Assembly: GCA_016212505.1 (NCBI GenBank)
Contig: JACRGB010000010.1
Coordinates: 26,758 to 90,757, forward strand
Origin: Candidatus Micrarchaeota archaeon
Lineage (GTDB): Archaea > Micrarchaeota > Micrarchaeia > Anstonellales > Bilamarchaeaceae
Direction of reading: 5' to 3'
DNA: 64,000 bases
Both the position numbers and the translations under genes were made by a program. Of this stretch, positions 18,624 through 32,490 are shown in pieces (the stretch's first letter is position 1; each line of letters begins with the position of its first letter). The notes beneath the pieces were generated by a model. That model was not told where the DNA came from. It saw only the letters and a program-made list of their open reading frames with translations, and ran no database searches.

Positions 18624-19499
18624 TCAGCTTGAAGTATTGCAATGAATTATCGGGTAGATAGTAATTTCTGTTTTATCTTTACCGCTCGTAACAACAGTCT
18701 TACTGCCAACAACTTCGCTTGCCAGGGTCGCTTCTGCCCAGGCAATAGGATGATCGCGTCCTGGCAGGTTAAAAGTAAAGCGGTCAGGATAAAGACCATC
18801 AAGATTTACAGCCGCATTGAATACAAAAAGTTCGGGTACCTGCAAACTTGCAATCTCCTGCACATCCGCTTCACTGGGACAGATGGTAGTTATGGCATCG
18901 GAGCCTCTTTGCCTGCCGTCTAACATAACCGAAAGATGGAGATGATGGGGCGAGGTCAATGGTATCCAATCCTGCCTAAGAAGGGTATTTAAGAAAAGCT
19001 GGCGGCCGATTATCCGAAATACTATCCTTCCTCCATTTCTCATTTCGAATATGCCTTCGGAATAACCACGGACAGGTTCTTTGGAAGCAGCTACAACAAA
19101 ACGATCCATGTTATTGAGTACAGTACGTAGTATCTGATTTCTGGCCCTTAGCTGGTCCTGGTCCAAAGAGGGCAGGTTTCCCCTTACATTAAGGTATAGT
19201 TCAGTAAGGAAATTAGGGCTCAGGCCGGGACAAATTTGTTTTGGATGGATATAAAAAAGCCCTTGATAAATTTCGAGCAGCCGCTCATGCAAAATGCCCG
19301 TAGAAACTACGATCGGGATGCCGAGCTTGACGCTAACTGGTGGCTGACCCACAATATGTCCTATTGCTTCAACCATGGCACTTCGGCTGCGAAAAGAATG
19401 ATGATCAGCAGAGGTGCGCCCCCTAATATATGCATGGCGAAGGCCATCAGCAACTAGGGGAAAGGATTGCCTCAGGGCATCCAAACTAAGCCTATTCAT
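18624..19499 (-). CDS. Hypothetical protein, paralogue of 17725..18603
   Basis: Collinear shared motifs with the neighbouring ORF. Confidence 0.65.
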   Translation of the reverse strand: MNRLSLDALRQSFPLVADGLRHAYIRGRTSADHHSFRSRSAMVEAIGHIVGQPPVSVKLGIPIVVSTGILHERLLEIYQGLFYIHPKQICPGLSPNFLTELYLNVRGNLPSLDQDQLRARNQILRTVLNNMDRFVVAASKEPVRGYSEGIFEMRNGGRIVFRIIGRQLFLNTLLRQDWIPLTSPHHLHLSVMLDGRQRGSDAITTICPSEADVQEIASLQVPELFVFNAAVNLDGLYPDRFTFNLPGRDHPIAWAEATLASEVVGSKTVVTSGKDKTEITIYPIIHCNTSS

Positions 19500-19562
19500 T
19501 AGGATAATTCTCTTGAGATCGTATTTTAATTGTTTTGATAAGAGGAAAGTAATGATTACTAA

Positions 19563-19871
19563 TCAGTAAATGGCCCGTTCATTGGTTAATGACGAAACCA
19601 GTTTTTTCGCAAATGACTTAACCAAGCTAAACTTCATCTTTTTCTCGCTTTTGATCATTAGCCTTCCGCTGGCATAAGCACTGATTTCATAGCCATCGAT
19701 TTTTGCCAGGATCACTACTGGAGTTGTAGCCGCAACTTCTCCTAGTTCGGAAAATGCTTGCTCGCACTTTTGCAAATCCAGCTTTTTTCCATTTAATTTA
19801 ATTTCAAAAGCATTTGCAGTGGCGCAGGGCTCAAGAACGTAGTAGTCACCTTCAGGCTCTGGGGGATTCAT
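19563..19871 (-). CDS. Small protein resembling the C-terminal accessory domain of long ThiF/MoeB proteins (likely start 19871)
   Basis: ATGA overlap with the upstream ThiF-like stop; LDL...TPVVIL...ISAYASGRLMI pattern. Confidence 0.55.
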   Translation of the reverse strand: MNPPEPEGDYYVLEPCATANAFEIKLNGKKLDLQKCEQAFSELGEVAATTPVVILAKIDGYEISAYASGRLMIKSEKKMKFSLVKSFAKKLVSSLTNERAIY

Positions 19872-20548
19872 CCTAGCTTCGCCCTCCAAAAAGGGTTTTC
19901 TTTTTCCAGATCAAAAAACAATGCATTTGGTGCTTTTGGGTAGGTTTTTCCAGTTATGAAATTGACTGCATAGAGGGCCGCTAGCGAACCGGAAATTGCA
20001 ACTGCCGGGCAGATTATTCTCGAGCAGACTGCGTAGCGTGCCAGTTTGGATTTTTGTTTTGGGATCCCAAAGGCTTTCTCAAAAGAATAATTGATAAAAA
20101 TACTCACTATGCCCCTGGACTTGTTAGCGGAACAAAAAACATATGGGATTTTTCTTGATCTTGCTTCTTGCGCAACTAGAATCCTGGTTGGGACATTGTC
20201 CGAACCATCAAGAACAATATCCGCACCGTTTAGGGAAGATTTGCGGCTAAATTCTTTTTTGCTGGTTATTTTTATCCGGCCGTTTATTGATTTGGCCCGG
20301 GCAATTGCAGAGTTTATTTTTGGTTGGTCTAAAAATTCGTCAGTTGCAAGGATTTGGCGGTTAAAATTCGACAGCTCAAAACGGTCTTTTTCAAAAATAA
20401 CAAAATTTGCTGCCCCCATCCGGACAAGGTTTTCGATGATAAATCCTCCTGTTCCTCCAAGCCCGACAATAGCAAATTTAGCTTTGCTAATTTTGGTCTG
20501 TCCGAGTTTTGAAAATGAGTTACGGAAAAACTTTTCATCATATAGCAT
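19868..20548 (-). CDS. ThiF/MoeB/E1-like adenylyltransferase
   Basis: VGLGGTG, DRFELSNFNRQ and DGSDN motifs. Confidence 0.9.
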   Translation of the reverse strand: MLYDEKFFRNSFSKLGQTKISKAKFAIVGLGGTGGFIIENLVRMGAANFVIFEKDRFELSNFNRQILATDEFLDQPKINSAIARAKSINGRIKITSKKEFSRKSSLNGADIVLDGSDNVPTRILVAQEARSRKIPYVFCSANKSRGIVSIFINYSFEKAFGIPKQKSKLARYAVCSRIICPAVAISGSLAALYAVNFITGKTYPKAPNALFFDLEKENPFWRAKLG

Positions 20549-20573
20549 ATTTCTATCGCTCCGGAATAACGAG

Positions 20574-20966
20574 TTATTTGGAATCGTGGTCCTTCATTTT
20601 CTTCTTTATATCTTTAAGATCGGATTTCGAAGTATCGCTTGTCTGAAGCTCGGTAAGGCTGCGCAATATTTTGAGCCTTTGCTGAAGGTGCGGATCAATG
20701 GTTCGTGCACGTAATGCACCAAGATGGGTTATAACATAAAGAGCAACTGAAATCCCTGTAAAGATCAGGATCATAGCTCCGATTTTACCAATTGAGGTTT
20801 TCGGGGTAAAATCACCATAACCAACTGTTGCTATCGTTACTGTGGTATAGTAAGCTGCATCAAGAAAACTCCAGCCCTCAACATAATGGAAAAAAAGAAT
20901 GGAAATGGCATAAATAATAAGAAGGGTGATTATTGGTATTATAAGCGAACGAACTTCTGGATCCAT
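20574..20966 (-). CDS. Minimal 2-TM potassium channel
   Basis: TVGYGD selectivity filter between two TM helices. Confidence 0.93.
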   Translation of the reverse strand: MDPEVRSLIIPIITLLIIYAISILFFHYVEGWSFLDAAYYTTVTIATVGYGDFTPKTSIGKIGAMILIFTGISVALYVITHLGALRARTIDPHLQQRLKILRSLTELQTSDTSKSDLKDIKKKMKDHDSK

Positions 20967-21070
20967 ATAGGATTTCCTATTCAGAGAATATATTAAAATC
21001 TTCTGTAACTTTTTTGAAATTTCTTTCCCATTTAAAACCTTGCGCCCGATGATAAGGCTGATGATTATAT

Positions 21071-22321
21071 ATGGGATTTTCTATTGAATGTTTAGGGGCA
21101 TCACGGGAAGTTGGTAGAAGCGCATTCATGATTCATACAGATAAGCACATAATAACTGATTATGGGATAAAAATTTTTGATGAGAGCGGCCATCCGGTTT
21201 TTCCGATGGAAACCGAGACCGAGCCGGATTTTGCGATCCTTTCGCACGCGCACCTGGACCATTCGGGCTGCCTTCCCCTTCTTTATAAAAATCACAATAT
21301 CAGGTGGTACGGTACACCCCCAACAAAAGACATTTGCGAGTTACTTTGGCAGGATTCGATAAAAATCAGCGAGGGCTTACCATATTCCCCTGCACATTTC
21401 AACAAGGCAATGAAGGCGTTTTCGCCAATGCTCTATGGCCAGACTACGGAGTTTGGCGAGACAAAAATAAAGATGTATGATGCGGGCCATATTGGAGGCT
21501 CAGCAATGGTTGAAATGGAGTATAAGGATAAAGTACTTCTCTACACGGGTGATTTCAAATTAGAAGAATGCCAGATGCACAAGGGTGCAAAAACCATTGA
21601 AAATGTCGATGTCCTTATGATCGAAAGCACTTATGCGCTGCAGGACCATCCCCCAAGAAAAGAAACTGAAAAAAAGTTCATTGAAGAAATTGAGGAAACC
21701 GTGGACAATGGGGGAAACGTTTTGCTCCCTGCTTTTGCGCTAGGAAGGACACAGGAACTCATATCGGTCATTAGGGAATACAACAGGGACGTGCCGATTT
21801 TTGTTGATGGGATGGGCCGCGAAATAGCCAAAATTTATCTGCGATATGGGAAATATATCAAAGATGCACAGACTTTTGGCAAGCAACTGCGAACGGTGAA
21901 CATGATAGCAAGCCCAGCAGACCGAAGGACTGCGACCAAGCAGCCAGGGGTAATAATAAGCAGTGCTGGAATGATGAATGGCGGGCCAATACTGAATTAT
22001 CTGTTTAATGTCAATAGCGAATCCAAAGTCATTTTTACTGGATATTGCGTAAAAGATACGAATGGGTGGAAACTCCAGAACGGCGGGTATATTACAAAAG
22101 ACGGCCAGGACCTGCATGTTGACCTTCCGGTTGAGAAACTGGACTTTTCGGCCCATGCGGGCCGCTCAGAAATATTAAAATTCATTAAGGATGCCGATCC
22201 TAAAAAAATAATCCTGATCCATGGGGATAAGACAGAGGAATTCGCAAAAGAACTAAACGAAGTGCACGGTTATGATGCGGTTGCTCCGATGAGAGGGGAC
22301 CGGATAGATTTTGAAGAGTAA
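21071..22321 (+). CDS. Beta-CASP metallo-beta-lactamase ribonuclease (aCPSF family, no KH domains)
   Basis: EVGRS, HAHLDH, AGH, TGD, ESTY, FSAH and IHG motifs. Confidence 0.92.
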   Translation: MGFSIECLGASREVGRSAFMIHTDKHIITDYGIKIFDESGHPVFPMETETEPDFAILSHAHLDHSGCLPLLYKNHNIRWYGTPPTKDICELLWQDSIKISEGLPYSPAHFNKAMKAFSPMLYGQTTEFGETKIKMYDAGHIGGSAMVEMEYKDKVLLYTGDFKLEECQMHKGAKTIENVDVLMIESTYALQDHPPRKETEKKFIEEIEETVDNGGNVLLPAFALGRTQELISVIREYNRDVPIFVDGMGREIAKIYLRYGKYIKDAQTFGKQLRTVNMIASPADRRTATKQPGVIISSAGMMNGGPILNYLFNVNSESKVIFTGYCVKDTNGWKLQNGGYITKDGQDLHVDLPVEKLDFSAHAGRSEILKFIKDADPKKIILIHGDKTEEFAKELNEVHGYDAVAPMRGDRIDFEE

Positions 22322-22333
22322 TCTTGCGGCTAA

Positions 22334-23683
22334 CTAACTTTTCTTCAGGGTTTTTCCTGGCTGCTCCAGAATAATCATCTCTTCCTGGTAAGATAAGTGC
22401 GATTTTACCTTTTGGAACTCCTTGAAAAATCCCATGACCGCTTCTTTGGGGGTGCTGATTTTCCTTTTGACAGTGGCATAAATGGTTTTTTTCTTTATGC
22501 TAAATTTGGACCTAGCATGGCTGGATTTGAAGCTGAGAACATGCTCTTTCATAGAGAGCGGGGGACCTTTTACCAGTTCTGTTGGAGGAAGCTTATCAAG
22601 GCCAAGGGCAACTGCTATCCTGATGATGTGACGGCGGTCATCTGCAAAGATTTCTTTTACCTTAAATTCGCCTAAGACGCTTTCAAGCTGGCCAATCAGT
22701 TTTCGCAACTGGCCCCATAACACATCGTCAACTACATCGGGCCTTGGCAAAGAAATCAGCAATAGCTTCAGTTTCGGGTCCTTGGAAAGCTTGGCAAGGC
22801 GCTCATCAAAGCTCTCGGGTTTTCTCAAGAAGAAATTCGCGGATGGTTTTTTGAGGTATTTTTTGCAAAGAATGGAGAATGCGGACAAATTCTCTGCTGA
22901 AACAGCAGCGGCAACATTGCGGTTCTTATCTGTTGGATCAATAATTACAAAATCACCGAAGCGGGCGAATTGCAGGGCAACGTCTTTTTTGTTTTTATAA
23001 TATTTTTTTAAGTCGATAAATATGCCAGTTATTTTTCCGCTTGTTTTTTTCTTTTCCTTTACTTTTACATTTACGTTGCCTTTTGCTATTTGCTTGCTCC
23101 ATTTGGAAGCTTCTTGCGCGAGCTTCTTGAAACTTCCAAATTTTATTATCAATAATTCACAAAGATAGCCGGAAAAGCCCTGGACTTTTATTTCAGCCCC
23201 ATAAAGCGAGTTCGCCTTCAAAAATGCCTTTAAGAGGAGGACTTCGTCGATCTGTTTTTCCTTAAGGGAGGACTTGACGAACTTGGTGTGGAGTACCGAG
23301 CGGTCGACTGCGCTAAGAAGCTCGCTTGCCTTAGTTATCCTATAGGCAGGGACAAGGTCAACCACCCGCCCTTTTAGCCTGAACCGGACGTAGGGGTGCT
23401 CGGCATAGCTTATCTGATAACCAACCGAAGGGTAAGCGCGGGCAATTATTTTTTTTATTTCACCTTCGAGCTCGCTTTTTGGTGTTGATGAATTGAATAA
23501 TACAAAAATGTCAAGGTCTTTCCCATCCCGAAGGAATGTCCTTTTGGCCACTGAGCCGGTAATAACGACATCGCACCCGGGCGGGCTGGATTTTTGTATG
23601 GCCTGCGCCACTTCTTTTGAAAATTTTATTTCCGCCGCAAGTTCCTCCTTGGAGGGTTTTATGAGCGAGAGTACCGGTTTCAT
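22334..23683 (-). CDS. cca: Class I CCA-adding enzyme
   Basis: GSVAKRTFL...DLDIF, YAEHPY, SAVDR, GFSGYLCELL and DPTDKNRNVAAA. Confidence 0.95.
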   Translation of the reverse strand: MKPVLSLIKPSKEELAAEIKFSKEVAQAIQKSSPPGCDVVITGSVAKRTFLRDGKDLDIFVLFNSSTPKSELEGEIKKIIARAYPSVGYQISYAEHPYVRFRLKGRVVDLVPAYRITKASELLSAVDRSVLHTKFVKSSLKEKQIDEVLLLKAFLKANSLYGAEIKVQGFSGYLCELLIIKFGSFKKLAQEASKWSKQIAKGNVNVKVKEKKKTSGKITGIFIDLKKYYKNKKDVALQFARFGDFVIIDPTDKNRNVAAAVSAENLSAFSILCKKYLKKPSANFFLRKPESFDERLAKLSKDPKLKLLLISLPRPDVVDDVLWGQLRKLIGQLESVLGEFKVKEIFADDRRHIIRIAVALGLDKLPPTELVKGPPLSMKEHVLSFKSSHARSKFSIKKKTIYATVKRKISTPKEAVMGFFKEFQKVKSHLSYQEEMIILEQPGKTLKKS

Positions 23684-23757
23684 AGGGGATTCCTTTGCAT
23701 CTTACTTATGATTGCTTGGGAACTAATATTTAAAAACTACAAGATAGGAATCAGCTT

Positions 23758-26010
23758 ATGCGCCTGATTATTGCACTAGTGGTTTTGATACTGATTTTTG
23801 GATGCGTAGAGCAGAAAACCATTCCGGGAACTGCCAGCGAAAGGATAACAAACATACAAAGCCAGGATCTAGAAGGTGATGGCAACTTTAGCTATGCTAT
23901 TTATGATTTTGCACCGGTCCAGATTTCCGGGACCACTCTTACTTCGCAGAGGGAGTTATTTGCTATCGCAAATAAGCAATATGCCTATGCCAAGGTCAAG
24001 GAGAATATCAGTGACGAGGACTACAATAAGCTGCAAAAGGTTTTCCAGGATTTTGAAAGGCAGCGCACTGCAGCAGAATTCGAATGCAGCAAGAGCCTGG
24101 GGCTTCAGGGAGTAGTGTGCATAGACGCACCAACCTGCAGCAGGCTCTGCTCAGGAAGCACTCCAAGCTGCAAGGAAATGGCCAATAATTACGAGGAAGC
24201 GCTTGGTAACTCAATAAGGGATTATGTCCAGGTGGACAATGAAATAAAGAGCGTCTCAACTGACCTTAGCATCCTGGTACAGACAATACAGAACGGCGAG
24301 CAGTCAAGGCAATACCTGGAAAAAGCGCAAACTTTAGCAAAAGACATTGCAGAGCTGAATGCAAACCCAATATACAGCGGAAATGAGTTTGGGTTATGTT
24401 CATCATCAGATTTCGGAGTCCCTTCCCTCCTGCAGGGCGCAAAGGCACTTGGCAATTATAGTTTGGCCGGCACCACCTACCATTACCGGGTAATTATTAC
24501 ACTAAAATCAAACGGAGGAACAGGATCATTAGGGGGTAGCCAGCAAGGGGCACAAGAAGTGCTTGGCCTAAACCTGTATGATAAGATAGCCAAGGCATTG
24601 GATGCAAAAGGGATTTCATCAAAATCAGAAATAAAGACAACTACAGAAGGCAATGATGTTGTTGTTAGGTGGAGTACCAAAAAGCCTTCCAAAAACTACA
24701 TGCTCATATACGAGTTTGATTCGAGCCAGGACCCGGAAAAAATCGCAAATTCAATGAAAAGCCCGTCGGTCGAAATAAGCACGATAAATGCGAGCTTTGT
24801 TGGGGCACTTTTACTTGCACTAAATAACTTGGTCAAAAACTACTACATCGCCCTTGGCCTTACAATCGGCCTGCTCATGATATTCTTATTGTTTGTTTAT
24901 GCCATAGCAACCATAGTCATTAGCATAGTTGGTGAAAAATCGCGGGGGGGCAATGCATCAGCAGGAATACGGAAAGCGCTCGCAAAGGCAAATTCCAAAT
25001 GGTTTGGTGATTTTGGGATAGGCATATTATTTTTGATAATTGGTTTTGCGCTTTCTTCATTTTGGGTAGAGCAGCCAACCAGCCCGCCAGGAATAAACGA
25101 AATACCCACGTTCCTGCTTTCCAACAGCACAGCAACAGTGCCAGTCATCCTTGCGCTAGCTGGCATAGTGATGCTGTATATGTCATTGGAGAATTTTGTC
25201 AAAATAACCGTTTCACAGAAAATGTATGGAAGCGTGATCAGGCAGGAAAAAGATAAGTTCGTAAGCAAGGCCGAAGCCCTGAAAGAGAAAATTAATGAAT
25301 TGAAAAAGCTTGTAGAAACAGACCGGCTCGATAATTTCGATGTCAGTAGGGAATACGATATTGTCGCATCGGTTAGCGTTGATAAGATAAGTGAGATGGC
25401 AAAAAGCCCCAACCCGCGGACTAACCTTATGATAGAGCAGGAATTTGCAAGGGTGGAAAATGCCATAATAAGCCTAAATGAAAGGAAAAAAACTGCGGAT
25501 GAAAAATGGCCCGAATGGAAAGTTGTGCTTGGTAAAATGCTCCAGGAACGGAATGAAGTATTTGCAGATTCGCTTCTTTCAATCCCGTCCTCCTTAAGAC
25601 TATGGGCGCTCGAGCGGTATGCAAAAGAAGGCGGGGAAGCATTAACTGTTGAACGAAATGTCCTGAAAAAGAAGCCGCTTACTCCAGATAAGGTACTTGA
25701 GGAAATGATAGAAGCAGAGCTGATAAGAGGCGCGGTGGTCCTAAAGAACGAGAAATTGTTTGCATCTAAATTTGCCGATGGCAGCGGGACGGTAGTAAGT
25801 GCGCTCACGCTGAAACTTAGGAGCTATGCTCAGTCGCTTGCAAGGAACATTGGAGAAGGCAATACTTCAGGATTTGCAGCAATTGGCGAAAAGGTGGTCA
25901 CGCTCTACATTAAAGGAAAAAACACAGAGGCAGTGCTCTTTATTGTTAAGGATAAGTACCGTGAAGCAGTGGAAAAATGGAAGCTGAAAAGTGCTGTTTT
26001 TGAAGGATAA
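23758..26010 (+). CDS. Large membrane protein: lipobox, Cys-rich ectodomain, three TM helices, coiled coil and a possible Roadblock-like C-terminal domain
   Basis: LIFGC lipobox; cluster of six Cys; three hydrophobic segments; heptad region; alpha/beta C-terminus. Confidence 0.65.
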   Translation: MRLIIALVVLILIFGCVEQKTIPGTASERITNIQSQDLEGDGNFSYAIYDFAPVQISGTTLTSQRELFAIANKQYAYAKVKENISDEDYNKLQKVFQDFERQRTAAEFECSKSLGLQGVVCIDAPTCSRLCSGSTPSCKEMANNYEEALGNSIRDYVQVDNEIKSVSTDLSILVQTIQNGEQSRQYLEKAQTLAKDIAELNANPIYSGNEFGLCSSSDFGVPSLLQGAKALGNYSLAGTTYHYRVIITLKSNGGTGSLGGSQQGAQEVLGLNLYDKIAKALDAKGISSKSEIKTTTEGNDVVVRWSTKKPSKNYMLIYEFDSSQDPEKIANSMKSPSVEISTINASFVGALLLALNNLVKNYYIALGLTIGLLMIFLLFVYAIATIVISIVGEKSRGGNASAGIRKALAKANSKWFGDFGIGILFLIIGFALSSFWVEQPTSPPGINEIPTFLLSNSTATVPVILALAGIVMLYMSLENFVKITVSQKMYGSVIRQEKDKFVSKAEALKEKINELKKLVETDRLDNFDVSREYDIVASVSVDKISEMAKSPNPRTNLMIEQEFARVENAIISLNERKKTADEKWPEWKVVLGKMLQERNEVFADSLLSIPSSLRLWALERYAKEGGEALTVERNVLKKKPLTPDKVLEEMIEAELIRGAVVLKNEKLFASKFADGSGTVVSALTLKLRSYAQSLARNIGEGNTSGFAAIGEKVVTLYIKGKNTEAVLFIVKDKYREAVEKWKLKSAVFEG

Positions 26011-26107
26011 GAATAGATCGAATTCTTACAAAACATACAAAAAAACGATGCTTAATAAAGCCTTTGCGACAATGTAATCTATATCTAATCTATGACGTAA
26101 GTTCTAA

Positions 26108-29323
<3,216 letters not shown>

Positions 29324-29364
29324 TTTAGAGAACGAGTGGATAGAACTGATACGAGTGAAATCTC

Positions 29365-31953
29365 ATGGCTGAAAACATTGTACCGCGAACTATTGAGACT
29401 GACATGAAGGAAAGCTACCTTGACTATGCAATGTCAGTTATAATAGGCCGTGCCATACCAGATATCCGAGATGGACTTAAGCCAGTTCATAGAAGAATAC
29501 TTTATGCAATGTGGGAAACTGGCTTGCGGTCAAATGCTAAATTCAAAAAATGCGCAACAGTTGTTGGTAATGTTTTGGGGCGATATCATCCACATGGTGA
29601 TATGACTGTTTATGATTCGCTAGTACGGATGGCACAAGACTTTTCGTTACGATATACTTTAGTTCATGGTCAAGGAAATTTTGGTAATGTCGACGGTGAT
29701 AATGCTGCCGCCTACCGTTATACCGAATGCAAACTGCAGCCGATAGCAGACAGCATACTCACCGATATTGAAAAGGAAACAGTAGACGAAGTAGATAATT
29801 TCGATGGCACAGTGAAGGAACCGACAGTGCTTCCTTCAAAAATCCCAAACCTTTTGATTAATGGTTCTACAGGAATCGCAGTTGGAATGGCTACGAATAT
29901 TCCTCCACATAATCTGGGTGAAATAATCGATGCTACGGTTGCGATAATCGATGGTGCTGGCGAAGAGGAAGTCCTAAAATTCGTACAGGGCCCGGATTTT
30001 CCAACTGGCGGAACAATTGTTGGCCGGGTAGGAATAATTTCAGCATATAAAACCGGAAGAGGAATCATTGCAGTAAGAGGAAAAAGTAGCAAAGACGAGA
30101 AAAAACATACTATTGTAATTAACGAAATTCCTTATCAAGTTACAAAAACTGCAGTTATTGAATCGATTGTTGAAGCGGTTAAGAATAAGAAAATCGAAGG
30201 AATTTCCGGCATTCATGACCGATCAGACAAAGCAGGAATGGAAATAATTGTTGATGTTAAAAAAAGCTATGATTTAGACCTTGTTTTGAACCAGCTACAT
30301 GCCCACACGCAGTTAGAGGGGACATTTGGGATAATTAACCTGTCAATAGTAGGCAGGCAGCCCAAAATTCTTGGGATATATCAGATGATAAAAGAATTCG
30401 TTGAATTTAGAAAAGAAATTGTCAAACGAAGGTCGCTTTTTGAATTAAAAGAAGCGCAAGCAAGGGCACACATACTCGAAGGACTCAAAAAAGCCCTTGA
30501 AAATATCGATCCAATTGTTGCCTTTTTGAGAGCATCCAAAAACATTGAGGATGCACGCAAAGGACTTATGGCCAATTATGCTTTGAGTGAAATACAAGCA
30601 AACGCAATACTTGATATGCGATTATCTAAATTGATTGCACTTGAGCGGGAGAAAATAGAAAATGAGTATGCCGAACTTGTGAAAAAGATCGCATGGTTAA
30701 AAGATGTGCTCGCCGACCTTGGCAAAGTTCTTGCGATAATAAAAGCAGAACTTCTTGAAGTAAAACAAAAATATTCGGATCCAAGAAGAACTCAGATAAT
30801 CGAAGCGCAAGGAGAAGAAAATATTGAAGCACTTATTCCAAATGATGATGTTGTTATTGTAATTAGTGCACGCGGTTATGTGAAAAGAGTATCACTAAAT
30901 GAATATCGATCACAGCACCGCGGTGGAAAAGGAGTTATTGGAACAGAAACCAAAGAAGAAGACTTTGTTCAAGATGTTATCGTAACCAAGAATCACAATT
31001 CCCTGCTCTTATTTACTGATAAGGGACGTGCGTTTGTAATTAAGGCGTATGTAGTCCCTGAAGGAAGCAGATACGCAACCGGCAGAACTCTTGTGAGCTT
31101 GTTGGATCTTAAGGATGAAAAAGTTACTTCATGGATTTCGGTTTCGGACTTTTCAAGCGGCTATCTCTCGATGGTCACCAAAAACGGAATAATCAAACGA
31201 ACCGCACTTGAGAACTTTAGTAATGTTAGAAAAACCGGGATCATTGCAATAACATTAAAAGAAACCAAACAAACCGAAGGTAAAGAAGGTGACGGCAGTA
31301 AAGATGGGGACAGGCTTGTCGAAGTCATCAAGACCGACGGTAAGCAGGATTTGATTATCGCAACCAAAAAAGGCCAGGCGATCAGGTTTAAGGAAGAAGA
31401 TGCACGCGAACTTGGAAGAACTGGCCAGGGAGTAATAGGCATCAGATTCAAGGAAGGCGAGGATGAAGTCGTTGGAATAACTACTACAACCAAATCAAGC
31501 ATACTTACTATTACTGAAAATGGTTTTGGAAAACGAACCCATATTGATGAGTACCGTGCGCAAGGCAGGGGAGGAAGCGGGGTAATTAATATCAAGGTTG
31601 AAGGCCGGAATGGTGATGTTGTCGGAATACGTTCGGTCGATGATAATGATGAAGTGATGGTAATCAGTTCAAAGGGCCAGGCGATCCGGTCCCCGGTTAG
31701 TGGAATATCAGTAATCGGAAGGAATACCCAGGGCGTACGGATCATCAGGTTAGATGAAAAAGAAAAAGTTGCCGGGTTTGCGGTAGTTCCGAAACCTGAA
31801 GCAGTAGTTGCTGCTGCGCAAAATAATGAACAAAAAACAGAAACCGCACAACCGCAAACAGAACAAAAATCAACCGAAGGTCAAAGTGCTGGCACTGAGC
31901 AAAAACCAAATAGCGAACAGAAAACGCCGCCTGAAGCACCTAAGAACGAATAA
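29365..31953 (+). CDS. gyrA: DNA gyrase subunit A
   Basis: [22 protein letters not shown] (catalytic Tyr), GyrA-box QHRGGKG, beta-pinwheel repeats. Confidence 0.97.
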   Translation: MAENIVPRTIETDMKESYLDYAMSVIIGRAIPDIRDGLKPVHRRILYAMWETGLRSNAKFKKCATVVGNVLGRYHPHGDMTVYDSLVRMAQDFSLRYTLVHGQGNFGNVDGDNAAAYRYTECKLQPIADSILTDIEKETVDEVDNFDGTVKEPTVLPSKIPNLLINGSTGIAVGMATNIPPHNLGEIIDATVAIIDGAGEEEVLKFVQGPDFPTGGTIVGRVGIISAYKTGRGIIAVRGKSSKDEKKHTIVINEIPYQVTKTAVIESIVEAVKNKKIEGISGIHDRSDKAGMEIIVDVKKSYDLDLVLNQLHAHTQLEGTFGIINLSIVGRQPKILGIYQMIKEFVEFRKEIVKRRSLFELKEAQARAHILEGLKKALENIDPIVAFLRASKNIEDARKGLMANYALSEIQANAILDMRLSKLIALEREKIENEYAELVKKIAWLKDVLADLGKVLAIIKAELLEVKQKYSDPRRTQIIEAQGEENIEALIPNDDVVIVISARGYVKRVSLNEYRSQHRGGKGVIGTETKEEDFVQDVIVTKNHNSLLLFTDKGRAFVIKAYVVPEGSRYATGRTLVSLLDLKDEKVTSWISVSDFSSGYLSMVTKNGIIKRTALENFSNVRKTGIIAITLKETKQTEGKEGDGSKDGDRLVEVIKTDGKQDLIIATKKGQAIRFKEEDARELGRTGQGVIGIRFKEGEDEVVGITTTTKSSILTITENGFGKRTHIDEYRAQGRGGSGVINIKVEGRNGDVVGIRSVDDNDEVMVISSKGQAIRSPVSGISVIGRNTQGVRIIRLDEKEKVAGFAVVPKPEAVVAAAQNNEQKTETAQPQTEQKSTEGQSAGTEQKPNSEQKTPPEAPKNE

Positions 31954-32416
31954 AATTATCAACAAGTTCTTGCGCTGCTTTTGCATCTAAAACAAACAGT
32001 CTTTCCAAATGCTCAGAGGCTTCTTCTACTTTATCCATTGCAGAAGAAAAGAGAAACATCAACTTTTCAATTTCGGTTCCACTTTCAGTTGAATAGGGGC
32101 TCAGAAGATCATAGGCTTGTTGTTTTTGGCCCAAGGCAAAATAACATGCACTAAGTAAGGTTGCACAGAAAACAAGGTCTTTCTTGCCATCTGCCATATT
32201 AAATGCCAGCCGCGCCTCATTTTTTGCTTCAGCATATTTTTGAAGCAGGAACAAAGACCGGGCAAGAAGATAATGCGCGGAGGGTTCTTTCGGAAAAACA
32301 GTGACATAATCCTTCGAGGTAGCAAAGGCATTCTGATAGTCGGTATTTTGGAGATAGAGGCCAATCTGCTTTATGTAAGACTCTTTTTTTGTGAATATCA
32401 TTTTTCTTGACCCCAT
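31940..32416 (-). CDS. TPR-repeat protein
   Basis: [23 protein letters not shown] pattern. Confidence 0.7.
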   Translation of the reverse strand: MGSRKMIFTKKESYIKQIGLYLQNTDYQNAFATSKDYVTVFPKEPSAHYLLARSLFLLQKYAEAKNEARLAFNMADGKKDLVFCATLLSACYFALGQKQQAYDLLSPYSTESGTEIEKLMFLFSSAMDKVEEASEHLERLFVLDAKAAQELVDNFIRS

Positions 32417-32490
32417 AGGAAAACCAATATCGGACAGATAAGAAGTACATTCACAGTAGCAATTTAAGGGTTTTGTAATATGTTTAATTT

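Noticed and set aside
24897..25808. Long antisense ORFs (303 aa here; also 694..1308, 31161..31745, 36332..37021, 48340..48864)
   Set aside because: These are shadows of well-supported genes on the opposite strand, with no motifs of their own
31800..31953. Gln/Glu/Thr-rich quasi-repeats at the end of gyrA
   Set aside because: An ordinary disordered GyrA C-terminal tail, not a DNA repeat element
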